64,000 nt of DNA from Nemertoderma westbladi. Lineage: Eukaryota; Animalia; Xenacoelomorpha. Both the position numbers and the translations under genes were made by a program. Location: positions 1,914 through 65,913 of the forward strand of contig JAUCBJ010003020.1 of assembly GCA_032718475.1 (NCBI GenBank). Direction: 5' to 3'. The notes under the pieces were generated by a model, which made no database searches, was not told where the DNA came from, and saw only the letters and a program-made list of their open reading frames with translations. Below, in pieces: positions 24,654 to 39,128 of the stretch; within the stretch, counting starts at the first letter, position 1, and each line of letters starts with the position of its first letter.

Positions 24654-27600
24654 TAATTCGTTTTAGTTTCCTTTTCTGTTCTCAACATTATTGTGAACTT
24701 AAACGGTTATATATCAGATCTCGCATTATTGCCCTGCCGTTTCAATATAGAACGCTCCGTTTCCGTTAAACGTCTCCCTAAAACGATTTTAACTCATTTC
24801 GCGCTTTTAATAATGCAAATCGAACGAAACTGAATGTGCCCTCGGCAGTTCCTTTTTATAAGGTACCGGTACCCGTATGTATAATGCAGATGCGCCCTTG
24901 GACAGGGAGGTCGGCTGGTTGTGGGGGCTTCAAATGACGGATTCCTTTAACGCAGGCCGCATAGCTCATGCGGTCGATTGCCTCTCGTTAATACGCCTTC
25001 CACATGTCATAGTCCTACGCAATTGCCCTTGAAATGATAAATTGCTGCCCATTTGTCTTTCCGTTTTTAATCGTCCTTCAATGATATTGCAGCTCGTATT
25101 CTTTCCAAATTGGTACACAATGCAAAGAAAAGGTTACTAGCTAAAGGTTGCTAACAAAAGGTTGTTAGTTAATAGGCCATGGGTTGCAAAACGAAAGTTT
25201 CGTGTAAAAATTGCCTGCAAATTGTATCTAGCAAAAGGTTGCTAACACAAGGTTGCTACCAAAATTTTGGTTTCAAATGGTTGCTTGCAAAATTTTGTTT
25301 GATTTTTAAGTGGCAGTAAGAGCTACTCTACATTGCACAGTACTAATGTATCTCTGACTGCACATTATTCTACAGTAGCTACAACTGCTTATAATGAATG
25401 TGGTGACATTTACAAATCGTCTTAGATTTTGTTTCAGCTTCAAAAGGTCAAGTAACAACAACACGCTTGTTTCATCTACTGTACTACTATGGTAGGATTC
25501 CAGATGGCATTCATAATAACCTTCAACACACATCCTCCCTATTCTGTACACTAATGCACCTCACTTCCACTTTTATAGTTCTATTGGTGCATCTGTTTCC
25601 GCCTTTTCACAAATCTATCTCCGAAACGGATTTCAGTTTCAAAATATAAATGTGAAGGTAGACTGAATCTAGGTTGTAGGTCAACATGACATTTATAAAG
25701 CAGTGGAAGATATGGTGGTAAACTCACTCTGTAATGTTTGTATCCATCCATAGGCCTACAGTATATGCAGATGGCAATCTCAAGGCTATTTTTGAATACG
25801 CCAATTTCAGTGTTTAGATCATGTACTACGTCTTTGTGGGGCGAGGCACTTAGGTAGCCAGTATAATTAGTGGACCGTCTGTTGTCGTCGTAATTGGAAA
25901 TGTTTAACGCTAATAAGTCGTTAATCTTTGTTGAAATGGAACCAAACTTTGTAGGCCTACACATGTAGTCTATAAAAGATTTAGAAATTATACACACATA
26001 CTTCTATAGTTCCTCTCTCGGCCGCTAGGGGCGACTGACCAGATCCACTAATTGTACTACTACGCACTGGTTCGTAGCACTTCGTACCACGCGAAGTCCC
26101 CATATAAGTGTAAATATGCGTATTCGTCTTCGCTTTTGAATAAAGATATATTTTATCTTGACAACAGGTTAAAAATAAACTCCAACCAAATGCTAAATAA
26201 AACTGCAATATCGGTCTGAATTATATAGAAGTTGTCATGAAAACGATGTGAATGGAGCATAAACAATGCCAATTATTTAGTTTTACTAAATCAGGGTTTC
26301 AGTATTGGGAGTGAATCCCTATCCAACAATGAACAATGACTCCAGATTTGAGGCAATTAATACTTTCTCTTCTTTATACGCGGGACTGTTGTAGCTTAGG
26401 TTTAACAAAGAATACAACTTTAAGCCAAACTCTCCCCCTTGATACAGTACAGTAGAAATGTATAAAAAATCAATGATATTCTCTCAGCCTTGGCATCTTC
26501 CATCGACTTTACCTGACAAACTCTTGCCATTTCCCCCGTATGTCAAACACGAAACAATTTCAGTTATCAATTAATTACATAAAAGTAAAAAGTTGCGCTG
26601 GCGAAAATAACTTGAAAATGCACTGCGAAAATATAATAAAGAACTGTGTTCAGCAATCATTAATTTGGTGACAATGGTGAGAGCCATTAATTCTCAGAGG
26701 CTGCAGTGGAGAGTCCAAATGATAGCATAGTTGGGCGGGTAGTTGGGCTGAAGCCTAACAGCACGTTCGGTACACTAATGAAGTAAAATAGCCGTATTGT
26801 GGCCAACATGAATCGATTACTATCTTTCCTCAATCGATTGATGACGAGGACATTTTCCAAGCAAATAAATTGACGGAATTCATCCGAATATCGTACGTTT
26901 AGTTAATAAACTAACGTAGTGATCACTGCATAGAGTCAGGGGATTAAAAATGTGTGTAAGTAAAGAATAATAATTCACTTCTGTTATATATATCTGAACA
27001 TAGTGTACATGTATATATTGAATAGAAAAATATATCTCACCGATTGCTATAGTTGTTCACCCGGAGTCTTGTTAAATTTAATAATTAATTACTCCAAAAT
27101 TACATTACAAATATTATTCGCCTAATTTCGATATACATCAAAAACGATTTCGTGTGTGGCATTTGGCATGGGAGTTGTTTTAAATTTATGTCTGTCTGTG
27201 TCTGTCTGTATGTCAGTAAAGCCATTCTTAATGCACGCTGCATAGGACTTGCCATTTATGGATTGCATGGTGGTGACAAAATTATTTTGAAAGGCTGGCA
27301 TAGCATTTCAATGTGTAGTTTCAATGCAGCAGGCCGATTAGTAGTAGTCAGTAAAGCAAATACGTTTCTACTCACAGTCACAAGCACCAAAAGTAAAAGT
27401 AAAGTTTCCTGTTAGGCCGCGGAATAGGCCTACATGTACGCACAAAGTCTGTCGACTTATTTCCAGTGCGTCATACGAAATTTAGGCGATTTGGAAATAC
27501 ACCTTAGGGCCTACATCAATCAGGTTGACATCAATCAGGTTGACTTAAATTGCCAGTGCAAAAACAGTTCGTGGGGTTTAGTACCCGATCAGAGTTAAAT

Positions 27601-28871
27601 AAGATTATTTGACTTTTAAATTGATATAAAAGGTGTAAAAAGTGCCGGGGACATATGACATGGTGTCCTAACCAAACCAATAAGCGAGAGACAAGATTAC
27701 ATGTTCACGATTGTCGGCGTAGCGATTACACCCAGCAACTACGGTACATGTTTAGGAGGCCGCTCTGATAATTCTACAGTACAATCTGCAAATCGATCCA
27801 ATTAACAGCTGATTACTAGCCAAAATTAAACTGTAGGCCTAACCTGTGCTATTGTTTTCATGTATTGTTTTGGTTTAAATAACTACCACTGTAAAATGCC
27901 CCTTTCCCTTCAATTTATAAATAACTTTTTTTTTCGCCGAGATGGGATTTGCTTCAAGTACCCAGTCCCCCTACCCCTAAACACCCTGTCCCTAATGAGG
28001 AGCAAATTTTAAAAGGCTAAACGCATTTTAGGGATACAGGGAATTAATCAACATATTTGAATTTTTTAAGGACCTAAACAACCCCAACTTAGTACATTAC
28101 GTTCTGCACTGCAATAGAATGACGGCAACGCAACTAGGCAATGGAGTTAACACCCTAAACTAATTCGGGAGTCAGTCAGTCAGTACTACTGTAGTTGAGT
28201 AATAATATACTGTAAATCATTGAGAACAATATTATTTTACTCGGCACAATGGGTGCCGCTGTCTTGTACACTAATTCAGTTTAATTTGATAGTCCATCAT
28301 GCGAATAGGGGGATTCCACCTGCTTTACGTGAGCCTACTGATCAATATAATCATGATAAAAGGAGACGGACGGCAGTTCAACCAACCTACGGCATATTAT
28401 AGGCCTGGCCTACCTTGTAAAAAACGTGCATGTAAAGAGTTTCTTTAACATTAATTGGCGAAGAGTAATGTTCTATGTAGAAGCCTTTCTGGTTACCCGT
28501 TTGTAGGACTGGGTCGGCCTTACTTACAGCGGGGCGGGGGTTCCAAGGCCTAACTAGGGCCGGCTAGATCTCAGCTTCCCACTCCAGTGCACCATGCACT
28601 ACCAGAGCTCGCCCAGATCATATCCCGACCTACTGGAGTATATTGAGGAAAAGCAATGACTCTGGAACTGCTAAATAATTAAGAGCTCTCACTTCATTTC
28701 CAAACAACATGTTATTTTCATTTGGGAATGAAAATGTCATTAATTAGTAATGATCTGTCATCAATGTATTATATGGCATCTCATATTATTTATTATATTG
28801 TTTCATTTGTGGGGTGGAACTTCATGGACCTAAATAGTTATTTAAAAAAAGAAGATACAAAGCTGCTAAAA

Positions 28872-29176
28872 ACTACAAGATAGCAGCACCCTAAATATAG
28901 ATAGATAATATTACTACAAGATAGCAGCACCCTAAATATAGATAGATAATATTACTACAAGATAGCAGCACCCTAAATATAGATAGATAATATTACTACA
29001 AGATAGCAGCACCCTAAATATAGATAGATAATATTACTACAAGATAGCAGCACCCTAAATATAGATAGATAATATTACTACCAGATAGCAGCACCCTAAA
29101 TATAGATAGATAATATTACTACAAGATAGCAGCACCCTAAATATAGATAGATAATATTACTACTACCAGATAGCAG
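28872..29176. repeat. 41-bp minisatellite (~7 copies)
   Basis: Unit ACTACAAGATAGCAGCACCCTAAATATAGATAGATAATATT. Confidence 0.95.
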
Positions 29177-30422
29177 CTGCACGCTACATAGATAGTACTG
29201 TAGATAGCACAACTCTATTATTCGCAAACTTATTATATATACTGTAGGCCTATATACAAATATACAAGGCAGTGCACACAACAAGTGTTTACTGATGATT
29301 AAGCAAATATTAAGCAAATAATAATAATATTGTAAAAAAGTAAACAATTATTGACATTACCTAAAAATTAAACTGACCTCACTAATAATATATACTGTAC
29401 ACAGTCTAACCAATCACGACCACAAATATTTATGGTGTTTAGTAAATATTCAGATGATTTGATTTAATGTTGCAAAAGAATTGAACCGGCATTATAAGAG
29501 GAAGACGGTTGTTAAAATGAAATTCACATAATAATTTCGTTGATTGTTTTTGTTTGAAAAGTATGACGAATTATACGCTGCTCTTTTCCATTAATTTCAG
29601 TAAATAAGGTTCATAATTTATTATTTATTTAGTTCTTCGATATTTTTCTTAGGCATCATGTCATCCTATTGCACGTTGAAACCAGTGAGTTATTACAATT
29701 TCATGGGTAGGGCTTCGCGCATCACGCTTAGGAAAAACAAGCATTAAAAACATAATGAATCCGGTTAGAAGAAACCGAACGCCTCTCAAACCTCGGCTTA
29801 CCGCTGCAAATCAACTTCAATTATCTTGATCTCCATATATACACAGCCGGGGCTGTGTACTCGGGCTAGGCATATGGGGCAGTAACCTTGACTGTGTTAT
29901 AATAATCAGGTCCGGTGGGACTTTGAACTAAGACGGCTAAGCTCTGGCTGTGAATCTTCTCCTACTTACTCACATTTTGCAGAGCTAAGATTAGTATGCT
30001 GATTGAACCGTGAGCAGAGGCAAGGGCGCGTTCCCTTTGAAAAACCTTCCAAAAACATATTTATATCACAGATGAGACAATAATAAAGCAGTTGATTACA
30101 TTTGCATGTGGGATGGGAATGGGAAAGTGAGGGAGGGGTCCTTGTGATCTCGTACCCTAGGGTAATAATAATAATACACATCTCTTCCATCTTACGTTAG
30201 AAGTCAGGCTGAGTTTAATTATACGAGTAGTCATCATAGCTCGCGCTATAGGGAATTAATCATTAATCAAGCACAAAACAGGAATTACGCGTTCTCTGCG
30301 GCTTATAATCAGTCAAATAATATTCTAGCTACAATATGCTAAGCCTTTAATTATGGATTTTTTAAACTTTCGCCTACCCGCCACATTATATGTTATCATT
30401 CATATGCAATACATACAGGTTC

Positions 30423-30858
30423 GTGGGGCCTTCGCGCAGCAAGAGACTGTATACTGCAGTACCAAGTTTGGTTTAATTTCGGATTGCCGAATTATTTCGG
30501 TTTTTATCAAAGGAAACTACCGGTACCGACTGACATGCTGTCCGATCTTTGACCAAACTTCGGATTCTCTCTAAACCTTTGACAGACTGCATAAGTACCA
30601 AGTTTGGTTTAATTTCAGGAATGATTAACCGACTTATTTCAGTTTTTATCAAAAGTCTGACACTGCTGGTACCGACGACAGACATACTCTCTGATTTTTG
30701 ACTTCAGAATCTTTCTAAACCTTTGATAGACCACATCTTTAACAAGTTTGGTTTAATTTCATCAATGATTGACCGACTTATTAGCGGTCAAAAATTTGGC
30801 GACGACCTCAGAAAACTCGTTAATGATACCAATATGCTAATGCTACGCTCACTTCGTA
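30423..30858 (+). mobile_element. Non-autonomous Helentron/DINE-like element with three internal ~140-bp repeats
   Basis: Starts GGGCCTTCGCGCAGCAAGAGA (shared with 49884); CAAGTTTGGTTTAATTTC occurs three times; ends ATGCTAATGCTACGCTCACTTCGT. Confidence 0.5.
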
Positions 30859-31339
30859 GGTAGGCCCTAATTACAAACTTAAACTTTTTAAAAATTGTTA
30901 ATATAAGTGGCACAATACTCTCGATAAAATATCAGCTACATATAACTCGCACTAATATTCAACTATTCAAACAATTACATTAATAGTAGCTACAATTGAT
31001 ACATATAATTCTCAAATTAATATAGAGCATCTACACATAATAGGCCCTATTCACAATCATTATAGCAGCTATACATAATACTCACAATAATGTATTGATT
31101 GAGGCTACACAAAATGAAGATACTCACACACTCACACTCCTTCTTTCAAATCTCTATTTATAGGGTTGAAGAATAATAACTACGGTTGAACTGGTGCAAT
31201 ATCGACTGAGACACATTATCTAAAGTTTTGTACAATGAAAGCAAAATTAAAAATTCTGGTGATTATTTCGGATATACAATAAATTAAATAGCATCCGGAA
31301 TATCTCCTATAACTATTTATTTTACGGTAAATTAAATAT

Positions 31340-31850
31340 GCTTTATTTAAAGTTCGTCCCGAGATCTGTTATTTACCGACCGAGCGCAGCGAGGAAGATA
31401 ATAAGTCGGGTCGAGGGGCGAAAAGGTAAATAACGTGTTTTATTTGTCGTACAATATGTAATTTATTGTTCAAATCATCCTTACTGTATTATAATTATTA
31501 AAATATATTATTGTTTAATAAGTAATTATACATTGCACCAGTCGCAGCGCAATTATTATTTGTCCTTATTGTGATTTGTTGATTCCAATGGAAAGGTGTC
31601 GTTGAAAGGATTCCAAATAGTAAATAACTATTAATGTCTTTGGTAAAAAGAATAGCTGAGATGAGGGCCTTCATAATTAATTACTTGATGAGATTTTACT
31701 AGTCGTAGCAACTAATTAAATAAATAAAATGCCCAAGAATATTATTTATTACAGTACAAAGTTGACTGATTGAAGAGCAATAATCCTCTATTTGTAAATA
31801 ATGCAAATCTTATTTACCGCTAGCCCATTGACAGAGTGGTAAATAATGTA
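31340..31850. mobile_element. Possible non-autonomous Crypton-like element
   Basis: TTATTTACC...CCGAGCGCAGCGAGG...GGTAAATAA hairpin at 31370-31433 and a second TTATTTACC...GGTAAATAA hairpin at 31810-31846. Label rests on motif resemblance only. Confidence 0.35.
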
Positions 31851-33812
31851 AATTTTAACAATACAAATCGTGATTGCAAAAGATTCTTTACGGAAGGAAG
31901 TAAGTCATCTGATTATTACATATAGGCCTACGTATTTACAAACAAACACTAACATACAATGCCACTTTAGTACATGTCATATTACGCAGTGCACGTACAG
32001 GGCAATTTATAAAAATGTACCCACCTGATAATAATAATACATAAATAATAGCATGAATAATCCAAACACCGGTTACTTTAGAGTTGTATATGAATGGCAT
32101 ATAAGATCAAAACGGCAAAATACTACATTACTGATTGGACCTAACGGGGGACTGTCCAGTCCAAACAACGTAGTGTGAAATTGGTGAGGGCATCTCTTCG
32201 TTTATAGAATCAATAGGGCACGCGAGCGAGCCAGATAGTACACAAACCGTAGCCCTCCAAATTAATCCCATGTTTAATGCGACACTGATTAATTTGGGTG
32301 GATTTTATAGGGCGATCCGGGTACCCGGACCCTATGATCATTGGTAGGAGTTTGTTTACCTTGTCGGCTGGTTGCTAAGAGACACGCAATCCCACCGCCG
32401 GGATTCCAACCACTGGCCTCTAGCATTCTAATCATCCCCCGTCACTACAGCATTGGCTACTTGGCTATTTGGCCGTGTTTCAGTTATTATTGTGGACTAG
32501 AGAAGCTAACCCTGGACGCAGCGATGAGGCTGGGCGATGAGGTTGGGCGGGATAGAGAGCGGGAAACCTACAGTATTTATTCTCTTAGGTTTCATTAGGT
32601 TGAACTCTCATCTATTCCTCATCTCATCATACAATGGTCGTTAGAAATATTACAGCTTCCCTTACTGTAGAACCAAGAACCTTCAATTCATTGTATATAG
32701 ATGTAGGTTGTAGGCCTACACGCTCCTCCCCCAAAAATCATTTCATGTTTATGCCGGTAATAGCTGGTCCTGAGGCTAAACGTATTGAAACTTGATACAA
32801 CACACTTATGCCCCCCCCCCCCCCCCCCCCCCCACATCCATCCATGCTGCGCTCAGCTTCGGTAAGATTATCTTACTGTTATTGTTATTCTCGTACAAAC
32901 GATTAAATTACAATAAGTAACAATTTTCTGAAGGCTTGGTTGCGACTATCTCTGTACATACTGTACATACATCGCAGGTGTAGCTTGTAGGTGCGGCTAC
33001 AAGTTGTGTCGTTGTTGGTAAATGTTCTCTTACTTGATATACAATTAATATGCCATTGAAAGAACGTGCTGCTCACTTCGAAACGGAACTTCTTCACAGT
33101 GGGGCGAGCCACGAAGTCCCGTCAGCCTTAGCATGCAGATGCATTTATGTACGGAACAATTTCGCAGTGTCCGTCTGTCTCACTATAACTATCGAAGGTA
33201 ATTTCTGCTGAGAGGAGGCTCGCAACTTTCAGAGATTTCATACTGAACAACACATAACATACATAATTGTCAAGTTCAAGTTATATATCACTTTACAATT
33301 ATTGGATTAATATTTTACATTTACATGTCACGTAGTGTAGTTATCAGATCAAGTATTTTTTCTATTTTTTATTTTTTCTATTTATTTATGAATACGTACT
33401 GGTATTCATTAAACTCACATATACCACAATTACGAAATCAGGTTCCAATCTGAGCGCGTATCGTATTTCATCTGCTATGTTTTGTGAATATTATTGCCGA
33501 TTGGTATAAATAATGTACAATACAGTTAGCAGTTAGTTGTCTGTTAAAAATAATAATTTCTACAATACTCTACAAAACAAAAATATAAAAAGTGTAAATC
33601 AGACGGAACCATCAGTTTAGTATAACATCGGTGTCTAATGCGATATGCGTGCTGGAACTTATGACTGGCTAGGACTGCACCCCCACCCCCCCCCCCCCCC
33701 CCCCCAACCTGTCCTAGGCCCTAGCCTAAATTCCTTGATTAGGACCGAACTAAGGACCGAACTTGGGACTTTCGCGAAAATTTGTTTAAAGTCATAAGTC
33801 GCTGTTGTTTGG

Positions 33813-34572
33813 ACTGTCCACCATGCTTATTCACTCCATGAGGCTGCCAAAGTACAAGATTATGCACTGGCTGGTCCTCACGGCGAAAGCAATGTCCTGC
33901 AAAGCGGAGGCGATTTTGTTCTAGTGTCAAGCTTGGGGGAACCAATGAGACACCTCCAATGTTATATAGTGTCTGGTTGGAGATGTGTGCATTGTACTTG
34001 ACACAATGTACCCGGCGTAGCATTCTTGTGAATGTGCCATCCAGAGATTTGGTGTCCTCAGCAGTTAGAGCCCAGCATGTACTCCCGTAGAGGAGTACTG
34101 GAACTACTGCTGCTCTAAATAATCGGACCTTAAGTTTCCGATTAATTCTAGGTGACTTCCAAATCCTGGAAAGCCTATTCAAGGCTGCCCATGCCTTTCC
34201 CTTACGTATTCGAAGGTCCTCACCTGACTTCCGGATCCATGATCCCAGGTAACAGAAGTCGTCCACATGCTCAAGCATACCATCCTTTGAGCTTATGCTC
34301 ATCCGATCAGAGACTTGCTGAGGACTTTCAAAGTTAACTGTCAGAATTTTGGTCTTTCTGGAGTTAATAAAAAGACCAACACTAGAAGCAGCATGTTCTA
34401 ATGAGCTGAGGAGCCGCTGGGCTCCCTCTAATGATTCTGAGAGTACTCCTAAGTCATCAGCAAAGTCTAGATCAGTTAGGTACTTGGCAGGATTTCCTCG
34501 ACTTCTGGAGCCAGTAGGTGGAGTTATCATCACCCCATCATCATTATGACGATCTAAGGACATGCGAAACAT
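33813..34572 (-). mobile_element. Internal RT fragment of the same young RTE-clade LINE family
   Basis: Open frame RMSLDRH...DLDFADDL...FCYLGSW...VLLYGSTCW...RLRFAGHCFRR; the 5' end runs directly into the 42-bp satellite. Confidence 0.92.
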
Positions 34573-37500
34573 AAACATAGCCCGATTGAGTAAGAAACAG
34601 AGCGTGGCTAAATATAGAAACTTAACCCGATTGAGTAAGAAACAGAGCGTGGCTAAATATAGAAACATAACCCGATTGAGTAAGAAACAGAGCGTGGCTA
34701 AATATAGAAACATAACTCGATTGAGTAAGAAACAGAGCGTGGCTAAATATAGAAACTTAACCCGATTGGGTAAGAAACAGAGTGTGCCAGTGTGGCTAAA
34801 TATATAAACATAACCCAATTGAGTAAAAACAGAGCATGGCTAAATATAGAAACTTAACCCGATTGGGTTAGAAACTGAGTGTGGCTAAATATAGAAACTT
34901 AACCCGATTGAGTAAGAAACAGAGCGTGGCTAAATATAGAAACTTGACCCGATTAAGTAAGAAACAGAGCGTGGCTAAATATAGAAACCTAACCCGATTG
35001 AGTAAGAAACAGAGCGTGGCTAAATATAGAAACATAACCCGATTGAGTAAGAAACAGAGCGTGGTTAAATATAGAAACATAACTCGATTGAGTAAGAAAC
35101 AGAGCGTGGCTAAATATAGAAACATAACTCGATTGAGTAAGAAACAGAGTGTGGCTAAATATAGAAACTTGACCCGATTGAGTAAAAAACAGAGCGTGGC
35201 TAAATATAGAAACTTAACCCGATTGAGTAAGAAACAGAGTGTGGCTAAATATAGAAACATAACCCGATTGAGTAAGAACCAGAGCGTGGCTAAATATAGA
35301 AACTTGACCCGATTGAGTAAAAAACAGAGCGTGGCTAAATATAGAAACTTAACCCGATTGAGTAAGAAACACAGCGTGGCTAAATATAGAAACTTGACCC
35401 GATTGAGTAAAAAACAGAGCGTGGCTAAATATAGAAACTTAACCCGATTGAGTAAGAAACACAGCGTGGCTAAATATAGAAACTTGACCCGATTAAGTAA
35501 GAAACAGAGCGTGGCTAAATATAGAAACCTAACCCGATTGAGTAAAAACAGAGCATGGCTAAATATAGAAACTTAACCCGATTGGGTTAGAAACTGAGTG
35601 TGGCTAAATATAGAAACTTAACCCGATTGAGTAAGAAACAGAGCGTGGCTAAATATAGAAACTTGACCCGATTAAGTAAGAAACAGAGCGTGGCTAAATA
35701 TAGAAACCTAACCCGATTGAGTAAGAAACAGAGCGTGGCTAAATATAGAAACATAACCCGATTGAGTAAGAAACAGAGCGTGGTTAAATATAGAAACATA
35801 ACTCGATTGAGTAAGAAACAGAGCGTGGCTAAATATAGAAACATAACTCGATTGAGTAAGAAACAGAGTGTGGCTAAATATAGAAACTTGACCCGATTGA
35901 GTAAAAAACAGAGCGTGGCTAAATATAGAAACTTAACCCGATTGAGTAAGAAACAGAGTGTGGCTAAATATAGAAACATAACCCGATTGAGTAAGAACCA
36001 GAGCGTGGCTAAATATAGAAACTTGACCCGATTGAGTAAAAAACAGAGCGTGGCTAAATATAGAAACTTAACCCGATTGAGTAAGAAACACAGCGTGGCT
36101 AAATATAGAAACTTGACCCGATTGAGTAAAAAACAGAGCGTGGCTAAATATAGAAACTTAACCCGATTGAGTAAGAAACACAGCGTGGCTAAATATAGAA
36201 ACTTAACCCGATTAAATAAGAAACAGAGTGTGGCTAAATATAGAAACATAACTCGATTGAGTAAGAACCAGAGCGTGGCTAAATATAGAAACTTAACCCG
36301 ATTGGGTAAGAAACAGAGTGTGCCAGTGTGGCTAAATATAGAAACATAACCCAATTGAGTAAAAAACAGAGCGTGGCTAAATATAGAAACTTAACCCGAT
36401 TGGGTTATAAACTGAGAGTGTGGCTAAATATAGAAACTTAACCCGATTAAATAAGAAACAGAGTGTGGCTAAATATAGAAACATAACTCGATTGAGTAAG
36501 AACCAGAGCGTGGCTAAATATAGAAACTTAACCCGATTAAATAAGAAACAGAGTGTGGCTAAATATAGAAACATAACTCGATTGAGTAAGAACCAGAGCG
36601 TGGCTAAATATAGAAACTTAACCCGATTGGGTAAGAAACAGAGTGTGCCAGTGTGGCTAAATATAGAAACATAACCCAATTGAGTAAAAAACAGAGCGTG
36701 GCTAAATATAGAAACTTAACCCGATTGGGTTATAAACTGAGAGTGTGGCTAAATATAGAAACATAACCCGATTCAGTAAGAAACAGAGTGTGACTAAATA
36801 TAGAAACATAACCCGATTGAGTAAGAAACAGAGTGTGGCTAAATATAGAAACATAACTCGATTGAGTAAGAAACAGAGCGTGGCTAAATATAGAAACTTA
36901 ACCCGATTGGGTGAGAAACAGAGTGTGGCTAAATATAGAAACATAACCCGATTGAGTAAGAAACAGAGCGTGGCTAAATATAGAAACATAACCCGATTGA
37001 GTAAGAAACAGAGTGTGGCTAAATAAAGAAACATAACTCAATTGAGTAAGAAACAGAGCGTGGCTAAATATAGAAACATAACCCGATTGAGTAAGAAACA
37101 GAGCGTGGCTAAATATAGAAACATAACTCAATTGAGTAAGAAACAGAGCGTGACTAAATATAGAAACTTAACCCGATTGGGTGAAAAACAGAGTGTGGCT
37201 AAATATAGAAACATAACCCGATTGAGCAAGCAACAGAGTGTGGCTAAATATAGAAACATAACTCAATTGAGTAAGAAACAGAGCGTGACTAAATATAGAA
37301 ACTTAACCCGATTGGGTGAAAAACAGAGTGTGGCTAAATATAGAAACATAACCCGATTGAGCAAGCAACAGAGTGTGGCTAAATATAGAAACATAACTCG
37401 ATTGAGTAAGAAACAGAGCGTGGCTAAATATAGAAACATAACTCAATTGAGTAAGAAACAGAGCGTGACTAAATATAGAAACTTAACCCGATTGGGTGAA

Positions 37501-39128
37501 AAACAGAGTGTGGCTAAATATAGAAACATAACCCGATTGAGCAAGCAACAGAGTGTGGCTAAATATAGAAACATAACTCGATTGAGTAAGAAACAGAGCG
37601 TGGCTAAATATAGAAACATAACCCGATTGAGTAAGAAACAGAGCGTGGCTAAATATAGAAACATAACTCGATTGAGTAAGAAACAGAGCGTGGCTAAATA
37701 TAGAAACTTAACCCGATTGGGTGAGAAACAGAGTGTGGCTAAATATAGAAACATAACCCGATTGAGTAAGAAACACAGCGTGGCTAAATATAGAAACTTA
37801 ACCCGATTGGGTAAGAAAAGGAGTGTGGCTAAATATAGAAACATAAGCCGTATTCATTACGACGCTGTCAAAATAGACAAAGCTCACAGTATAATACTAT
37901 ATCCATTTTTGGGTAAGAAACAGAGCATGGCTAAATATAGAAACATAACTCGATTGAGTAAGAAACAGAGTGTGGCTAAATATAGAAACTTAACCCGATT
38001 GGGTGAGAAACAGAGTGTGGCTAAATATAGAAACTTAACCCGATTGGGTGAGAAACAGAGTGTGGCTAAATATAGACACACAAAGCGATTGAGTAAGAAA
38101 CAGAGTGTGGCTAAATATAGAAACTTAACCCGATTGGGTGAGAAACAGAGTGTGGCTAAATATAGAAACATAACCCGATTGGGTAAGAAACAGAGTGTGG
38201 CTAAATATAGAAACATAACCCGATTGAGTAAGAAACAGAGTGTGACTAAATATAGAAACATAACCCGATTGAGTAAGAAATAGAGCGTGGCCAAATATAG
38301 AAACATAACCGATTGAGTAAGAAACAGAACGTGGCTAAATATAGAAACTTAACCCGATTGAGTAAGAAACAGAGTGTGTCTAAATATAGAAACATAACCC
38401 GATTGAGTAAGAAACAGAGTGTGGCTAAAAATAGAAACTTAACCCGATTGGGTGAGAAACAGAGTGTGGCTAAATATAGAAACATAACCCGATTGAGTAA
38501 GAAACAGAGTGTGGCTAAATATAGAAACATAACCCGATTGAGTAAGAAACAGAGTGTGGCTAAATATAGAAACTTAACCCAATTGGGTGAGAAACAGAGT
38601 GTGGCTAAATATAGACACATAACCCGATTGAGTAAGAAACAGAGTGTGGCTAAATATAGAAATTTAACCCGATTGGGTGAGAAACAGAGTGTGGCTAAAT
38701 ATAGAAACATAAGCCGTATTCATTACGACGCTGTCAAAATAGACAAAGCTCACCGTATAATACTATATCCATTTTTGGGTAAGAAACAGAGCATGGCTAA
38801 ATATAGAAACATAACTCGATTGAGTAAGAAACAGAGTGTGGCTAAATATAGAAACTTAACCCGATTGGGTAAGAAACACAGCGTGGCTAAATATAGAAAC
38901 ATAACCCGATTGGGTGAGAAACAGAGTGTGGCTAAATATAGAAACATAACCCGATTGAGTAAGAAACAGAGTGTGGCTAAATATAGAAACTTAACCCGAT
39001 TGGGTGAGAAACAGCGTGTGGCTAAATATAGAAACATAACCCGATTGAGTAAGAAACAGAGTGTGGCTAAATATAGAAACTTAACCCGATTGGGTGAGAA
39101 ACACAGCGTGGCTAAATATAGAAACATA
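34567..39128. repeat. 42-bp satellite (~105 copies) with higher-order structure
   Basis: Unit AACATAACCCGATTGAGTAAGAAACAGAGCGTGGCTAAATAT(AGA); a 719-bp block duplication (34868 vs 35587) and two non-repeat inserts. Confidence 0.97.

Noticed and set aside
25380-25997. 138-aa minus-strand ORF with YFETEIRFGDRF, faintly like a Penelope GIY-YIG endonuclease
   Set aside because: Too degenerate to call and no RT nearby; needs an HMM search.
28872-29176. Minus-strand acceptor-like TATATTTAG|GGTG in the 41-bp unit, suggesting another junction-derived array
   Set aside because: All three frames downstream close within ~20 codons and no exon is evident.
33739-34818. 359-aa ORF fusing a hydrophobic repeat to reverse transcriptase
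   Set aside because: Chance in-frame join of satellite to a truncated LINE; the RT lacks its N-terminal motifs.
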